From the NCBI GenBank assembly GCA_963718615.1, contig OY970368.1, positions 4,288,001 to 4,352,000 on the forward strand: 64,000 nt of DNA. The letters are read 5' to 3'. A program made the position numbers and the translations under genes. This document shows, one piece after another, positions 29,801 through 40,302 of the stretch (positions are counted from its first letter, which is position 1; each line of letters opens with the position of its first letter). Source of the DNA: an uncultured cyanobacterium. GTDB lineage: Bacteria > Cyanobacteriota > Cyanobacteriia > PCC-9006 > JAAUQQ01. The notes under the pieces were generated by a model, which did no database searches, was not told the origin of the DNA, and worked only from the letters and a program-made list of their open reading frames with translations.

Positions 29801-31189
29801 ATGAGTCGTCCAAAAAAGCTTGCCGTTGCCATCCTTGCCGCTGGAAAAGGCACCCGGATGAAATCTAGCTTGCCAAAGGTCCTGCATCCATTGGGAGGGC
29901 GATCGCTCGTGGAATGGGTCCTTCAGGGACTACGGGAGATGGCGGTCGAACGCACGCTCGTCATCGTGGGCTATCAGGCAGAGGCCGTCAAAACCGCGCT
30001 TGCCGATCAGCCCCAGGTAGAATTTGTTGAACAGCGGGAGCAATTGGGCACGGGCCATGCGGTTCAACAGGTGCTCCCGTACCTGCAGGACTTTGACGGA
30101 GATTTGTTAGTCCTCAATGGGGATGTGCCGCTGCTGCGAGCCGCAACCCTCGCTGACTTGGTTCGCACCCACCAGGACAAGGGCAACGCCGCCACGGTGC
30201 TCACGGCCCATTTGCCCAATCCCAAGGGCTATGGCCGCGTTTTCTGCGATGCCCAGAACCGCTTGACCCAAATTATTGAAGACCGCGACTGTACCCCCGA
30301 GCAGCGAGCCAATGATCGTGTCAATGCCGGGATTTATTGCTTCTCCTGGACAGCCCTGGCCCAAGCGCTGCCCCAGCTCCGCACCGACAACGACCAGCAG
30401 GAGTACTACCTCACCGACGTTGTCCGTCACCTCGACCCGGTTATGGCCTTAGATGTCGTGGACTCCGAAGAAACCCTGGGAATTAACGATCGCAAACAGC
30501 TCGCCCACGCCTACACCATCTTACAGAACCGTCAAAAAGATGCCCTGATGGCCGCCGGGGTGACCCTGATTGACCCCGACAGCATTACCATCGACGACAC
30601 CGTAGAAATTGGGCCAGACGTTGTGATCGAGCCCCAGACCCATTTGCGGGGCAACAGTCGAATTGGCGCAGGCTGCCGGATTGGACCGGGAACGCTGATT
30701 GAAGATAGTGCCATTGGCGATCGCACCACCGTTCTCTTTTCCGTCATTACCCAAAGCCAAGTGGGCAGCGACACCCAGGTCGGCCCCTACAGCCACCTAC
30801 GGGGTCAAGCGCAAATTGGCTCAAGCTGCCGGATTGGCAATTTTGTCGAAATCAAAAGTTCCACCTTGGGCGATCGCACCAACGCCGCCCATCTCTCCTA
30901 CCTAGGCAACGCCGAACTCGGCGAACGGGTCAACATCGGAGCCGGGACGATCACCGCCAACTACGACGGCTACCAGAAACACAAAACCGTGATTGGCGAT
31001 CGCACCAAAACCGGCTCCAACAGCGTCCTAGTAGCCCCCATCACCATCGGCAGCGACGTCACCATCGGCGCAGGCTCAACCCTCACCAGAGACGTCGAAG
31101 ACCAAGCCCTAGTGGTCGCCCGTGCCAAACAGATTGTCAAAACCAACTGGCAACCCAAATCCCAAACGCCAGATACTCCCACCCCCTAG
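29801..31189 (+). CDS. glmU: Bifunctional UDP-GlcNAc pyrophosphorylase / glucosamine-1-P acetyltransferase
   Basis: [25 protein letters not shown], hexapeptide repeats, GNFVEIK and NYDG. Confidence 0.97.
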   Translation: MSRPKKLAVAILAAGKGTRMKSSLPKVLHPLGGRSLVEWVLQGLREMAVERTLVIVGYQAEAVKTALADQPQVEFVEQREQLGTGHAVQQVLPYLQDFDGDLLVLNGDVPLLRAATLADLVRTHQDKGNAATVLTAHLPNPKGYGRVFCDAQNRLTQIIEDRDCTPEQRANDRVNAGIYCFSWTALAQALPQLRTDNDQQEYYLTDVVRHLDPVMALDVVDSEETLGINDRKQLAHAYTILQNRQKDALMAAGVTLIDPDSITIDDTVEIGPDVVIEPQTHLRGNSRIGAGCRIGPGTLIEDSAIGDRTTVLFSVITQSQVGSDTQVGPYSHLRGQAQIGSSCRIGNFVEIKSSTLGDRTNAAHLSYLGNAELGERVNIGAGTITANYDGYQKHKTVIGDRTKTGSNSVLVAPITIGSDVTIGAGSTLTRDVEDQALVVARAKQIVKTNWQPKSQTPDTPTP

Positions 31190-31231
31190 CCACTCTCTTT
31201 ACCCCATCACCTCTCTCTACCCCATCAACCC

Positions 31232-31417
31232 ATGGCCAGTCTCCTGCTCAAAATCGCGACGGCCTCAGCGCTCCTGTCGCTCCTAATTAAATACGGCGGG
31301 CCTAGGCTATCGTTACCTGCCACGTCTTGGGTGGCAGGACTGATTGTCTTCTCGGTGCCCTTGGGGATGGCCAGCTTTTTAGCTTGGCAAGCTTGGCAAG
31401 CCAGAACACAGCGCTAG
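31232..31417 (+). CDS. Small conserved membrane protein
   Basis: 61 aa with two hydrophobic segments and an LIKYGGP motif familiar from cyanobacterial small proteins. Confidence 0.6.
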   Translation: MASLLLKIATASALLSLLIKYGGPRLSLPATSWVAGLIVFSVPLGMASFLAWQAWQARTQR

Positions 31418-31465
31418 GGAGCGCGGGGTCAAGCGCCCCCATGGGGAAATTAATCTGCGTGATCG

Positions 31466-31600
31466 TTAATCTTCGTGATCGTCAAACGGGTCCGTCAACT
31501 GTTTTGCCGGGGGACCAAAGGAGACATAAATCGCAAAGCCTGTCATCAGCACCAGCGCCGCCGCAATGGCGATCCCAATGGAAAGAGCAGTGGAGTCCAT
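31466..31600 (-). CDS. psbN: Photosystem II assembly protein PsbN
   Basis: MDSTALS...TGFAIYVSFGPPAKQLTDPFDDHED; divergent from psbH. Confidence 0.95.
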   Translation of the reverse strand: MDSTALSIGIAIAAALVLMTGFAIYVSFGPPAKQLTDPFDDHED

Positions 31601-31856
31601 AAAAGCCCTGTTAAGTCGTGACGATAAATCGAACCTGAAAATCGAAACTGAGAAGATCTCCCTCAAATTGTAACGAAGAGTTACCAAATCGTTATCCCCC
31701 ACCCAGATAGACCAAAGTCAGGCAGCACCAGCCTGCGGGCAGATTCGTGCAAAATTCAGGCCAGGAAACCACTAGCGCGGTTTTCCACCCTGTAGGATAC
31801 TGGTGTTGCGAATGATTAAAATCAGCCTTTTACTCTTTAATAAGCAATAGGTAGCC

Positions 31857-32057
31857 ATGGCACAGAAAACTCGTTTGGGCGATATCCTGCGACCCCTTAA
31901 CTCGGAGTACGGCAAGGTTGCGCCCGGTTGGGGCACAACGCCCGTGATGGGAGGGTTCATGCTCCTGTTTTTCGTCTTTCTGCTGATTATTCTCCAGATC
32001 TACAACTCCTCTTTGATTCTTGATAGCTTTGATGTCAACTGGTTAGGAGTCAATTAA
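31857..32057 (+). CDS. psbH: Photosystem II protein PsbH
   Basis: [29 protein letters not shown]. Confidence 0.97.
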   Translation: MAQKTRLGDILRPLNSEYGKVAPGWGTTPVMGGFMLLFFVFLLIILQIYNSSLILDSFDVNWLGVN

Positions 32058-32175
32058 GCTTCAATCCTTCGATCTTTTAAAAAAGACTTCTGAAAGTGAG
32101 AATCTATAGGATGGGCACTCCTCTGGAGGTTGGCAAAGCCAATACGCCCATCTTTTTGCTGCGTGGAGAACGACC

Positions 32176-32514
32176 ATGAATGTATTTGGCATTGGTTTGC
32201 CCGAAATGGCCATTATCCTGGTCCTGGCCTTGCTGATTTTTGGCCCCAAAAAATTGCCCGAAATCGGTCGGAGCCTGGGGAAGGCCTTGAAGGGATTCCA
32301 GGAAGCCTCGCGGGAGTTTGAGGCGGAATTGAAGAAGGAAGCTGAGGCGATCGAGCAGGTGGCGAAGACGACGATGGAAGCTACGCTGGAGCAAAAAGAC
32401 ACCTCGCTCAAAAAAGACACCTCACCCAAATCTGAACCCCAAGCCCTGTCGGCAGCGGACGATGCTTCCAATCCCGTAGTAGACGTTGTCAGCGACACCA
32501 ACACGGCATCTTAA
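32176..32514 (+). CDS. tatA: Twin-arginine translocase TatA/TatE subunit
   Basis: MNVFGIGLPEM...FGPKKLPEIGRSLGK. Confidence 0.93.
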   Translation: MNVFGIGLPEMAIILVLALLIFGPKKLPEIGRSLGKALKGFQEASREFEAELKKEAEAIEQVAKTTMEATLEQKDTSLKKDTSPKSEPQALSAADDASNPVVDVVSDTNTAS

Positions 32515-32582
32515 TGATTTCGATCCCATTGCCCTGACCCTATTGCCCTGACCCCATTAGTTTGACCCAACCGTTTTGACCG

Positions 32583-33218
32583 ATGGCAGAGATCGCACTG
32601 ATTAAACCCCAGCTCATCGTGGGGTTAGGAAACCCTGGCGCAAAATATGAGGGCACCCGCCATAACGTTGGCTTTGATGTGATTGATGCTCTGAGCCGCC
32701 GCTGGTTGATTGATCTAGCCAAAACGCAAAAATTTCAGGGGATCTTTGGTGAAGGCCCGGTGCGCAGCTTTGGCAAATTGCGGCTGCTGAAGCCCACCAC
32801 CTACATGAATCTCTCAGGACAGTCCATTCGGGCGGTTCTGGATTGGTATAAGCTCTCTCCCCAGTCCGTTTTGGTGGTCTATGACGAGATGGATTTGCCG
32901 ACGGGGCGGCTGCGGCTGCGGCTGTCGGGCTCGGCGGGGGGCCACAACGGCATGAAGTCTGCGATCGCCCACCTCGGCACCCAAGCGTTTCCTCGACTGC
33001 GGGTTGGGATCGGCGCACCCAAGGGCACGAGTAATCATGGGTCGGGCGATCGCCACGACGAAACCATCTCCCATGTCCTGGGTCGGTTTGCCCCCAGCGA
33101 GAAGACCCAGATGGCAGAGGTGATCGAGCTCGTGACCGAAGCTATTGAGCTCAGTTTGGTCGAAGGGGTCGAAAAAGCTATGAGTCTTTACAACAACCGA
33201 GAGGTTGTGGGACGTTAG
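32583..33218 (+). CDS. pth: Peptidyl-tRNA hydrolase
   Basis: LIVGLGNPG, TRHNVGF, KPTTYMNLSG and GGHNGMKS. Confidence 0.96.
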   Translation: MAEIALIKPQLIVGLGNPGAKYEGTRHNVGFDVIDALSRRWLIDLAKTQKFQGIFGEGPVRSFGKLRLLKPTTYMNLSGQSIRAVLDWYKLSPQSVLVVYDEMDLPTGRLRLRLSGSAGGHNGMKSAIAHLGTQAFPRLRVGIGAPKGTSNHGSGDRHDETISHVLGRFAPSEKTQMAEVIELVTEAIELSLVEGVEKAMSLYNNREVVGR

Positions 33219-33266
33219 GACGTAATAACCAGCCACGTTCTCTGATTCCGGCTGCTTTTCCTGCGG

Positions 33267-33527
33267 ATGTCTTCTCATCTCCCGGCTACAACCGCCCATG
33301 TGCGCATCACCCGTCAGAGCTGGCAGGAAGGTCTGCTCGAAGGGGAGGTCGCGGCCAGCCAGTTTCAGTGGCGATTTCGATGGTATTTCACCCATGGCAA
33401 GTTAGTGCTGGAGCCTTCCCTGGGGCGCACCCTGATCAAGGATGCCCTCAATCGTTTTTTGGTTCAGCGAGATTATCAGCTTGAACCGGGGGGGGATTAT
33501 TGCTTCACGGTGCGAAGTCGTTTTTAG
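33267..33527 (+). CDS. DUF3146 family protein
   Basis: LPATTAHVRI...EPSLGR...YQLEPGGDY; conserved position downstream of pth. Confidence 0.8.
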   Translation: MSSHLPATTAHVRITRQSWQEGLLEGEVAASQFQWRFRWYFTHGKLVLEPSLGRTLIKDALNRFLVQRDYQLEPGGDYCFTVRSRF

Positions 33528-33969
33528 GTTTGTTAGCAGGTTTGTTAGCAAAAGTTAAATAGCGCTCCACCAGCAGAATCGCCACGATGTCATCCACCGG
33601 ACGCGGCGGCTGGCGTAAGCCTGGGGGCAAAAGTCGCTGGAGTCCCTGAGGGGGATACATTTGCCAGTAGCGATCGCGGGCTTCCAAGGTCGTATTGCGT
33701 TCGTCCACGGGAAAAATTAGCACATCGGGCGGTAGCTCAGCCCGCAGTCGGGCCTGCCATTGCTTGGAGGTGGTTTGGTTGCCGATGATCAGACCTTGGA
33801 TGGTGTAGGAATCGAGGAGGGTGAGGAGTAGGGCGATCGCCGCCTGGGAAGCAACCACCTCATGGTGCAACACCGTCCCCTGCTCTATCCCCTGCTCTAT
33901 CCCCTGGCGAACCACTGCAACGCCGCATTTATCCCGACCGGGATCAAATCCAATCCAGCAGATATCCAT
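33505..33969 (-). CDS. YqgF/RuvX-like RNase H-fold nuclease
   Basis: GFDPGRDKCG, IGNQT, VDERNTTLEAR and VDDIVA. Confidence 0.85.
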   Translation of the reverse strand: MDICWIGFDPGRDKCGVAVVRQGIEQGIEQGTVLHHEVVASQAAIALLLTLLDSYTIQGLIIGNQTTSKQWQARLRAELPPDVLIFPVDERNTTLEARDRYWQMYPPQGLQRLLPPGLRQPPRPVDDIVAILLVERYLTFANKPANKPKNDFAP

Positions 33970-33992
33970 GCCTGTATTCCGCTTAGAACTCC

Positions 33993-35471
33993 TCATTCGT
34001 CATTTTCGTCCTCGGCAGTGCTAAACAGGGTTTCCCCATTGCGTAAGGCCACCAGCTCAATCCGTAGGGGACCCGCCGGATAAATTGGGGCAGCGGTGAC
34101 CGCTTGCAAACTGAGAAAACTATTGGCCTTTTGGATTTTTTCGTAAAACTGGACCAGGCTGGCAACACTATCATTGCCAATAATCGGTCGTTCGGAAATC
34201 AGGCCCGCCCGCTGGGCTCGAAACTGCGAGGCTTCCACGAGTAGACTAATCCGCTCCTGAATTTGCGCGGCATCCATGGTGTCTGGGGTGACGGAGGTTG
34301 TCGCCAAAATCGAGCCCTTTTCAAAGATGACCTGATTGGGAACCACATCGGTGAACACCAAAATCTTTTCCTCGCCGCTCACATAGTTACCTGCGGACAA
34401 AATTCGCACCACGTATTCCCGTCCATCCTCAATTTCACGGCGCAGACGCTCGACTTCGGCCTGGGTAATTTGGATCGTCGGGACCTTGGTTTCGTTGATG
34501 CCGGGTCGAATCACTTCCAAGGCCCGTTTGTTGGCTTCTTGCAGCAGCAAATTAATCGCCTGCTCAGATGCACTCGGCACGAGCACTCGCACAATGCGGA
34601 CGGCGAGGACTTCGTTGCGGGTAATGACGACGCTGCCCTGGCGAATCTGTAAGAGCTCTTTCTCTCGCTGACGAATGGCATCATCCAGAAAGCGCTGCGT
34701 ATCTTCTAGCTCCTGGAGACGGCGTTCGCCCTCGGCCACCACCTGCCGCTGGGCCGCAATGCGCTGATCCCGTTCGGAAATTTCGGTTTGCTGCTGTTGG
34801 ATATTGGCATCCTGACGGCGCAGACGCTCTTCCTGCTGGCGGATTTGGCCGGTTTGTTGTCCTAGCTGCTCCTCCTGCTGGGCAATGTCTCGATCGCGCG
34901 CTGCAATATCCTGATTCCGTCGCTGAATCTGCGCAATCACCCCATCCCGCTGACGAATCAAAGCCTGCTGCTCCTGCTGAAGTCGTTGGGCTTCATTGCG
35001 GAGGGCGATCGCCCGCTCCGCCACCGCACTCAACTGAGCCTGGGTTTGTTGCTGTTTCTTGAGGGATTCATCCAGGCTTTTCCGCGTTTCGGTCAACCGC
35101 TTTTCCGCCGTCACCTGTTCTGAGCGCGCCTGATCCCGTTCTTTCTCGACCGTTTGGCGCTCGGTGCGGGTCTGCTCCAGTTCACCCTTCGTGACCTCTA
35201 GTTCACCCCGAGCCTTTCTCAGTTTTTTCTCAATCGATCCGAGTTCAAAAACGCCCCGGCGCAACTGTTCGCTAGAGGCAAAAAGAATGCCTAGGGTTGT
35301 AGCCGAAATGACGCCCCCCGTCAAAATCGTAATTGCCACAGCTGTCTTGCGTGGTCGCATGCCCCAGAGGCTTAACCGCGCTTTGCCGACCTTTGTTCCG
35401 AGACGATCGCCAATGGTTGCGATCGCACCTCCCAGCAGCAGAATTGCCAACACCAAGATATAGCCAGCCAT
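33993..35471 (-). CDS. DUF3084 coiled-coil membrane protein
   Basis: GGAIATIGDRLGTKVGKARLSL..RPR.TA followed by a long coiled coil; conserved neighbour of ntcA. Confidence 0.85.
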   Translation of the reverse strand: MAGYILVLAILLLGGAIATIGDRLGTKVGKARLSLWGMRPRKTAVAITILTGGVISATTLGILFASSEQLRRGVFELGSIEKKLRKARGELEVTKGELEQTRTERQTVEKERDQARSEQVTAEKRLTETRKSLDESLKKQQQTQAQLSAVAERAIALRNEAQRLQQEQQALIRQRDGVIAQIQRRNQDIAARDRDIAQQEEQLGQQTGQIRQQEERLRRQDANIQQQQTEISERDQRIAAQRQVVAEGERRLQELEDTQRFLDDAIRQREKELLQIRQGSVVITRNEVLAVRIVRVLVPSASEQAINLLLQEANKRALEVIRPGINETKVPTIQITQAEVERLRREIEDGREYVVRILSAGNYVSGEEKILVFTDVVPNQVIFEKGSILATTSVTPDTMDAAQIQERISLLVEASQFRAQRAGLISERPIIGNDSVASLVQFYEKIQKANSFLSLQAVTAAPIYPAGPLRIELVALRNGETLFSTAEDENDE

Positions 35472-35613
35472 AGATCCTGCTGCGACAACGCCTCACCCAC
35501 GGATTTTTAGGACTATTTAACCCCAAACCGTGATCAACCCTACCATTTTAGAGAACCGATCCTCCGAGTTACGAGCCTTTCCGAGTGCAGCACCTTGCCG
35601 GTAGCCGACGGGA

Positions 35614-36300
35614 CTAGACAAATTGCTGGCTGAGGGCGACGGGATTGTGAACGGTAATTTTTTTCTTATGGATCGAAATCATTTTGTCTTGGCGCAGATC
35701 ACCCAGCAGGCGAGTAATGGTCACGCGGGTGGACCCAATGGCTTCGGCGATCGCCTGGTGAGAAAGTTTCAGATCGATCGTAATGCCCTCAGGACTGGGA
35801 ATCCCAAAGTCCCGACAGAGAATCAGCAAAAAGCTCACCAACCGTGATCCCATGTCTCGATGGGCCAGGGTTTCAATCATCATTTCCGTTTGCAGGATGC
35901 GTGAAGAGAGCCCCTGCAACATCAACATCGCCAGTTCTGGATTGCTTTTGAGCGCCCCTTCCACCTGTTCAATGGGTAACGACAGCAGCTCAACCGGCGT
36001 AAAGGCAACCGAATGGTAGAAACGGTCCGAGCGTTGTCCTGTGGCTAAGGATAAAACGCCAAAAACGCTGTTTTCTTTTAACAGCGCTACCGTAATTTCT
36101 TCGCCCGCCTCATAAACTCGCGAAAGCTTAACCGCGCCGCGCATCAAAAAATACACTCGCTCTGCGGGATCTCCGGGAAAGAAAATGGTTTTTCCCCGCT
36201 CAAATGTTTCTACAACCGGTGGAAATGAGTTACCGGCAATTTGACGAAAAAGGCTAGCTAAAGGCTTATCAGAGGGTGCAAACATTACTTCAGCATTCAT
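35614..36300 (-). CDS. ntcA: Global nitrogen regulator NtcA (start probably ATG 36300)
   Basis: [40 protein letters not shown] and [18 protein letters not shown]. Confidence 0.96.
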   Translation of the reverse strand: MNAEVMFAPSDKPLASLFRQIAGNSFPPVVETFERGKTIFFPGDPAERVYFLMRGAVKLSRVYEAGEEITVALLKENSVFGVLSLATGQRSDRFYHSVAFTPVELLSLPIEQVEGALKSNPELAMLMLQGLSSRILQTEMMIETLAHRDMGSRLVSFLLILCRDFGIPSPEGITIDLKLSHQAIAEAIGSTRVTITRLLGDLRQDKMISIHKKKITVHNPVALSQQFV

Positions 36301-36406
36301 TTTCACGCCACCAATTGCTTGCAATGCCCCGCAAAGCCATCGATTCGTGAGAGGTGATAAGGAACAGGCAAACAGAGCAACTATAGATGCTCTAGTCATT
36401 CACGCT

Positions 36407-36412
36407 ATTATA
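36407..36412 (-). promoter_or_regulatory. Candidate -10 box (TATAAT) for ntcA
   Basis: Perfect TATAAT on the minus strand ~110 nt upstream of the probable start. No canonical GTA-N8-TAC at the expected spacing. Confidence 0.35.
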
Positions 36413-36659
36413 AGCCGTTGTAAAGCCATTCATCTCTGAAATTCCCCCGGATTTACGGAAAAGTTTGTCAATCTTCCTTGCGCGTTGCGCATGGAAATCT
36501 CGCTTTTTTTCATAGGTTTGCAGGGTGAACCCTGATAAAGACTTCACAAAGATCTGGATAGCCCAAAGCCTCCCCCGGAACTTCCTGGGCCAGAGAAAGG
36601 GGAGCGCGTTGCTCTAAAATAGTTCTCCTGCATTCGAGAGGACCCACGCAGGACTCAAT

Positions 36660-37436
36660 ATGTTGGATCTAAAAGGGAAAAACGCGCTGGTGACCGGGAT
36701 CGCGAACAATCGTTCGATCGCCTGGGGAATTGCTCAACAGCTCCATGCAGCGGGGGCAAATTTAGGGATTACGTATTTACCGGATGATCGCGATCGCACA
36801 AAAGGCAAAGTCGAGGAGTTGACTGCGCCCCTATCTCCCTCCCTGTTTGTACCCTGTAATGTGCAGGACGATGCCCAGGTGGAGGAGATGTTTGGTGCGG
36901 TGAAAGAGAAATGGGGCAGGCTGGACATCTTGATCCACTGTCTGGCGTTTGCGGGCAAGGAGGAGCTGATTGGAGATTTCAGCAACACCAGTCGCGAGGG
37001 CTATGGCCGCGCCCTAGAAATTAGCTCGTTCTCGATGGTGCAGTTAGCCAAGGGAGCCAAGGCGCTGATGACCGAGGGTGGCAGCATTGTGACGCTGACC
37101 TACCTGGGGGGCGCGCGGGTGGTGCCCAACTACAACGTCATGGGGGTGGCCAAGGCCGCCCTAGAAATGGAAGTGCGCTATCTGGCGGCAGAAATGGGTC
37201 CCCAAAAGATTCGGGTAAATGCGATTTCCGCAGGGCCGATTCGGACGTTGGCGTCTTCGGCGATCGGCGGCATTTTGGACATGATTCACCACGTTGAAGA
37301 AATTGCGCCCCTGCGTCGGACCGTAACCCAAACCGAAGTGGGCAACGCCACCGCGTTTTTGTGTAGCGATTTGGCCAGTGGCGTCACCGGACAGGTGTTG
37401 TACGTCGATTCCGGCTACTCCATCATGGGAATGTAA
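36660..37436 (+). CDS. fabI: Enoyl-ACP reductase
   Basis: GIANNRSIAWGIA, YNVMGVAKAALE and ISAGPIRTLA. Confidence 0.96.
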   Translation: MLDLKGKNALVTGIANNRSIAWGIAQQLHAAGANLGITYLPDDRDRTKGKVEELTAPLSPSLFVPCNVQDDAQVEEMFGAVKEKWGRLDILIHCLAFAGKEELIGDFSNTSREGYGRALEISSFSMVQLAKGAKALMTEGGSIVTLTYLGGARVVPNYNVMGVAKAALEMEVRYLAAEMGPQKIRVNAISAGPIRTLASSAIGGILDMIHHVEEIAPLRRTVTQTEVGNATAFLCSDLASGVTGQVLYVDSGYSIMGM

Positions 37437-37463
37437 CGCCCCTCTTTCACCCTAATCAAAACC

Positions 37464-38114
37464 ATGCAACTGTCAGATCGACCCGTTACCCAAAGTTCCA
37501 GTCATTCCAGCCCCGCCCACTTGCCGGACCGCACCGCCAGCGTTCAACGCAAAACCGGTGAAACCGATGTGTCGGTTCGGATCAATCTCGATGGCACGGG
37601 GCAATGCGTTGCTGAGACCGGGATTCCGTTCCTCGACCACATGCTCCATCAGATTGCCTCCCATGGGCTGATCGACTTGGATGTGCGGGCAACGGGGGAT
37701 CTGCACATTGATGACCACCACACCAACGAAGATGTGGGGATTACGCTGGGGATGGCGTTTCATCAGGCCTTAGGCGATCGCAAAGGCATCGTCCGCTTTG
37801 GCCATTTTGTCGCCCCCTTAGATGAAGCGCTAATCCAAGTCGCCCTGGACTTTTCCGGACGGCCCCACCTCAGCTATAGCCTAGAAATTCCCACCCAGCA
37901 GGTTGGCACCTACGATACCCAGCTCGTCCGGGAGTTTTTTGTGGCGATCGTCAACCATAGCCAGATGACGCTGCATCTTCGGCAGCTCGATGGTATTAAC
38001 TCCCATCACATTATTGAGGCTACGTTTAAGGCCTTTGCGCGATCGCTGCGGATGGCGACGGCGATGGATCCCCGGCGGGCCGGTGAAATTCCGAGCTCCA
38101 AAGGGGTGATTTGA
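37464..38114 (+). CDS. hisB: Imidazoleglycerol-phosphate dehydratase
   Basis: [26 protein letters not shown] and PSSKG. Confidence 0.96.
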   Translation: MQLSDRPVTQSSSHSSPAHLPDRTASVQRKTGETDVSVRINLDGTGQCVAETGIPFLDHMLHQIASHGLIDLDVRATGDLHIDDHHTNEDVGITLGMAFHQALGDRKGIVRFGHFVAPLDEALIQVALDFSGRPHLSYSLEIPTQQVGTYDTQLVREFFVAIVNHSQMTLHLRQLDGINSHHIIEATFKAFARSLRMATAMDPRRAGEIPSSKGVI

Positions 38115-38736
38115 GGGAGGCCAACAGGGGCGAGGCGTCGAGGTCGTGGGCCAGGGCGCAGGCCAGTGGTGTGTTGCCGTAGTAGTCGCGGGCGCTGAGG
38201 GTGGCTCCGGCTTCGAGCAGCAGCAAGGCCACGGCGGTATGTCCCGCATTCGCCGCGATCATCAGTGGCGTTTGGCCATCGCGATCGGTGATGTTGGCGT
38301 CGGCTCCGGCCTGGAGGAGTTGCTGGGCGATCGCCGTTCGCCCATAGCAGGCGGCATACATTAGCGGCGACCAGCCTTGACGGCGGGAATCCCACTGGCG
38401 ATCGGTTAGATTGAGCTCCGCCCCAGCATCGATCAGGCGCTGCACCACGTCTGGATAGTTGCCCATGACGGCGGCATGGAGCGCGCTGCCACCGGGAAAG
38501 ACGAGATTAATCGGAGCCCCAATCTCAATCAGAGCCTCCACCACCGCACTGTGGCCCCGAGCGGCAGCCAGCATCAGCGCTTCGGCAGATTCTTCGTCTT
38601 GGGGAGGAGCCTGGTAGGATACGGGCTCTGTTGTTTGCAGTAATTGATACACCCGTAGGGCATCCCCTTCCATCGCTGCGATCCGAAGTTTTGACATATT
38701 TGTGGAAAACTTTAATCTCTCCCTTGGGTTAATCAT
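38026..38736 (-). CDS. Ankyrin repeat protein (start uncertain)
   Basis: About five ankyrin repeats: [30 protein letters not shown] and NTPLA. Confidence 0.8.
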   Translation of the reverse strand: MINPRERLKFSTNMSKLRIAAMEGDALRVYQLLQTTEPVSYQAPPQDEESAEALMLAAARGHSAVVEALIEIGAPINLVFPGGSALHAAVMGNYPDVVQRLIDAGAELNLTDRQWDSRRQGWSPLMYAACYGRTAIAQQLLQAGADANITDRDGQTPLMIAANAGHTAVALLLLEAGATLSARDYYGNTPLACALAHDLDASPLLASLKSPLWSSEFHRPAGDPSPSPSAAIAQRP

Positions 38737-38877
38737 GGCGAAACCCTGACGGAAAGCCTCCCGTGGGAATGCTGAATTTCTCAAGGGGGCGCTGAGCTCT
38801 ACCGATCGGGGGCCGGTGGAGCGGGAGGCGATCGCTATACTGGGGGGAAGTTGATATTTCTTAACACCCCAAAGCAC

Positions 38878-40302
38878 ATGCTCATCCCAGCCGGTGGCGT
38901 GGATCGTCTTAAGCAAACCCTGAAGAACAAACTGCTGTTTGGCAATGAGCCAACGCCTGAACTAATGGCGTTGCTGTTAATTTATTTTGTCCAAGGCATT
39001 TTAGGGCTGTCTCGCCTTGCAGTGAGCTTTTTTCTCAAGGATGATCTGGCCTTGAGCCCCGCCCAAACCTCCGCCCTGATGGGGGTGGCGGCGATTCCCT
39101 GGATGATCAAGCCCCTATTTGGTTTTTTGTCCGATGGGTTGCCGCTATTTGGTTATAATCGCCGTCCCTATCTGATTTTGTCGGGGATTTTGGGCGCTGC
39201 CGCTTGGATTGCCCTAGGTACCGTCGTACAGACGCCGCTGATGGCCACGATCGCCATTGGCTTTTGTTCACTCTCTGTCGCCATGAGTGATGTCATTGCT
39301 GATTCGGTGATTGTGGAACGGGCGCGGCAAGAGACGGGAGACGAGGCCGGGTCCCTGCAATCCCTGAGCTGGGGGGTGTCAGCGGTGGGGGGACTGATTA
39401 CGGCCTATTTGGGGGGGCTGTTGTTGCAGGAGTTGAGCACGCGATCGCTCTTCTTGATTACGGCCACATTTCCCCTGATTGTCTCCTCGGTGGCTTGGCT
39501 GATTGTTGAGCCCCGTCGACTCAACCAGGCGGGGTTTGCCCAGGTCCGGAAGCAGGTGGGTCAGCTCGGTCAAGCCCTGCGCCAGCGGGCCATCTGGATG
39601 CCAACGCTGTTTTTGTTTCTTTGGCAATGCACCCCCAATTCGGAATCGGCATTTTTCTTTTTTACAACCAATGAACTAGGATTCCAGCCGGAATTTCTGG
39701 GGCGTGTTCGCCTGGTGAGTAGTCTGGCCATGCTCTTGGGGGTTTGGCTGTTTCAGACTTTTTTCAAGGCCGTTCCGTTTCGGCGGATGTTTGGCTGGAT
39801 GATTGTGATTTCGTCACTCTTGGGCATGACTTCGCTCCTGCTGGTGACCCACACTAACCGCAGCTTGGGCATTAGCGATCAGTGGTTTAGCCTGGGCGAT
39901 AGTCTAGTCCTGGTTGTGGCGGGACAATTGGCGTTTATGCCGGTGCTGATTCTCGCGGCTCGGCTCTGTCCGCCAGGGGTGGAGGCGACGCTGTTTGCGC
40001 TGCTGATGTCGATTGTGAATTTGGGCGGTACCGTGAGCAATGAATTGGGGGCATTGCTGACCCATTTTCTGGGCGTGACTGAACGGGATTTCTCGAATTT
40101 AGCGCTGCTGGTCTTGCTGACGAATTTGAGTTCTCTGCTGCCATTGCCCCTGTTGGGTCTATTGCCGGATATCAATGCCCAAGGGCTACAGGTCGCCGAT
40201 CGCGCACTGCACCAAGCCCTGAATGAGACGCTCAATCCGCTTGAGGAGGGGGATATTGGGGCGATCGCCCCCCCTGAATCCAGCAAATTAGTCACTCGCT
40301 AA
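38878..40302 (+). CDS. Folate/biopterin (BT1/FBT) family MFS transporter
   Basis: YFVQGILGL, PWMIKPLFGFLSD, RRPYL and ARLCPPGVEATLFALLMS. Confidence 0.9.
   Translation: MLIPAGGVDRLKQTLKNKLLFGNEPTPELMALLLIYFVQGILGLSRLAVSFFLKDDLALSPAQTSALMGVAAIPWMIKPLFGFLSDGLPLFGYNRRPYLILSGILGAAAWIALGTVVQTPLMATIAIGFCSLSVAMSDVIADSVIVERARQETGDEAGSLQSLSWGVSAVGGLITAYLGGLLLQELSTRSLFLITATFPLIVSSVAWLIVEPRRLNQAGFAQVRKQVGQLGQALRQRAIWMPTLFLFLWQCTPNSESAFFFFTTNELGFQPEFLGRVRLVSSLAMLLGVWLFQTFFKAVPFRRMFGWMIVISSLLGMTSLLLVTHTNRSLGISDQWFSLGDSLVLVVAGQLAFMPVLILAARLCPPGVEATLFALLMSIVNLGGTVSNELGALLTHFLGVTERDFSNLALLVLLTNLSSLLPLPLLGLLPDINAQGLQVADRALHQALNETLNPLEEGDIGAIAPPESSKLVTR

Noticed and set aside
31670-31684. GTAAC-N5-GTTAC palindrome as an NtcA box
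   Set aside because: Spacing is GTA-N9-TAC, not the canonical N8.
36420-36433. NtcA autoregulatory site upstream of ntcA
   Set aside because: GTA-N8-CAT matches only half the consensus and is wrongly spaced from the -10 box.
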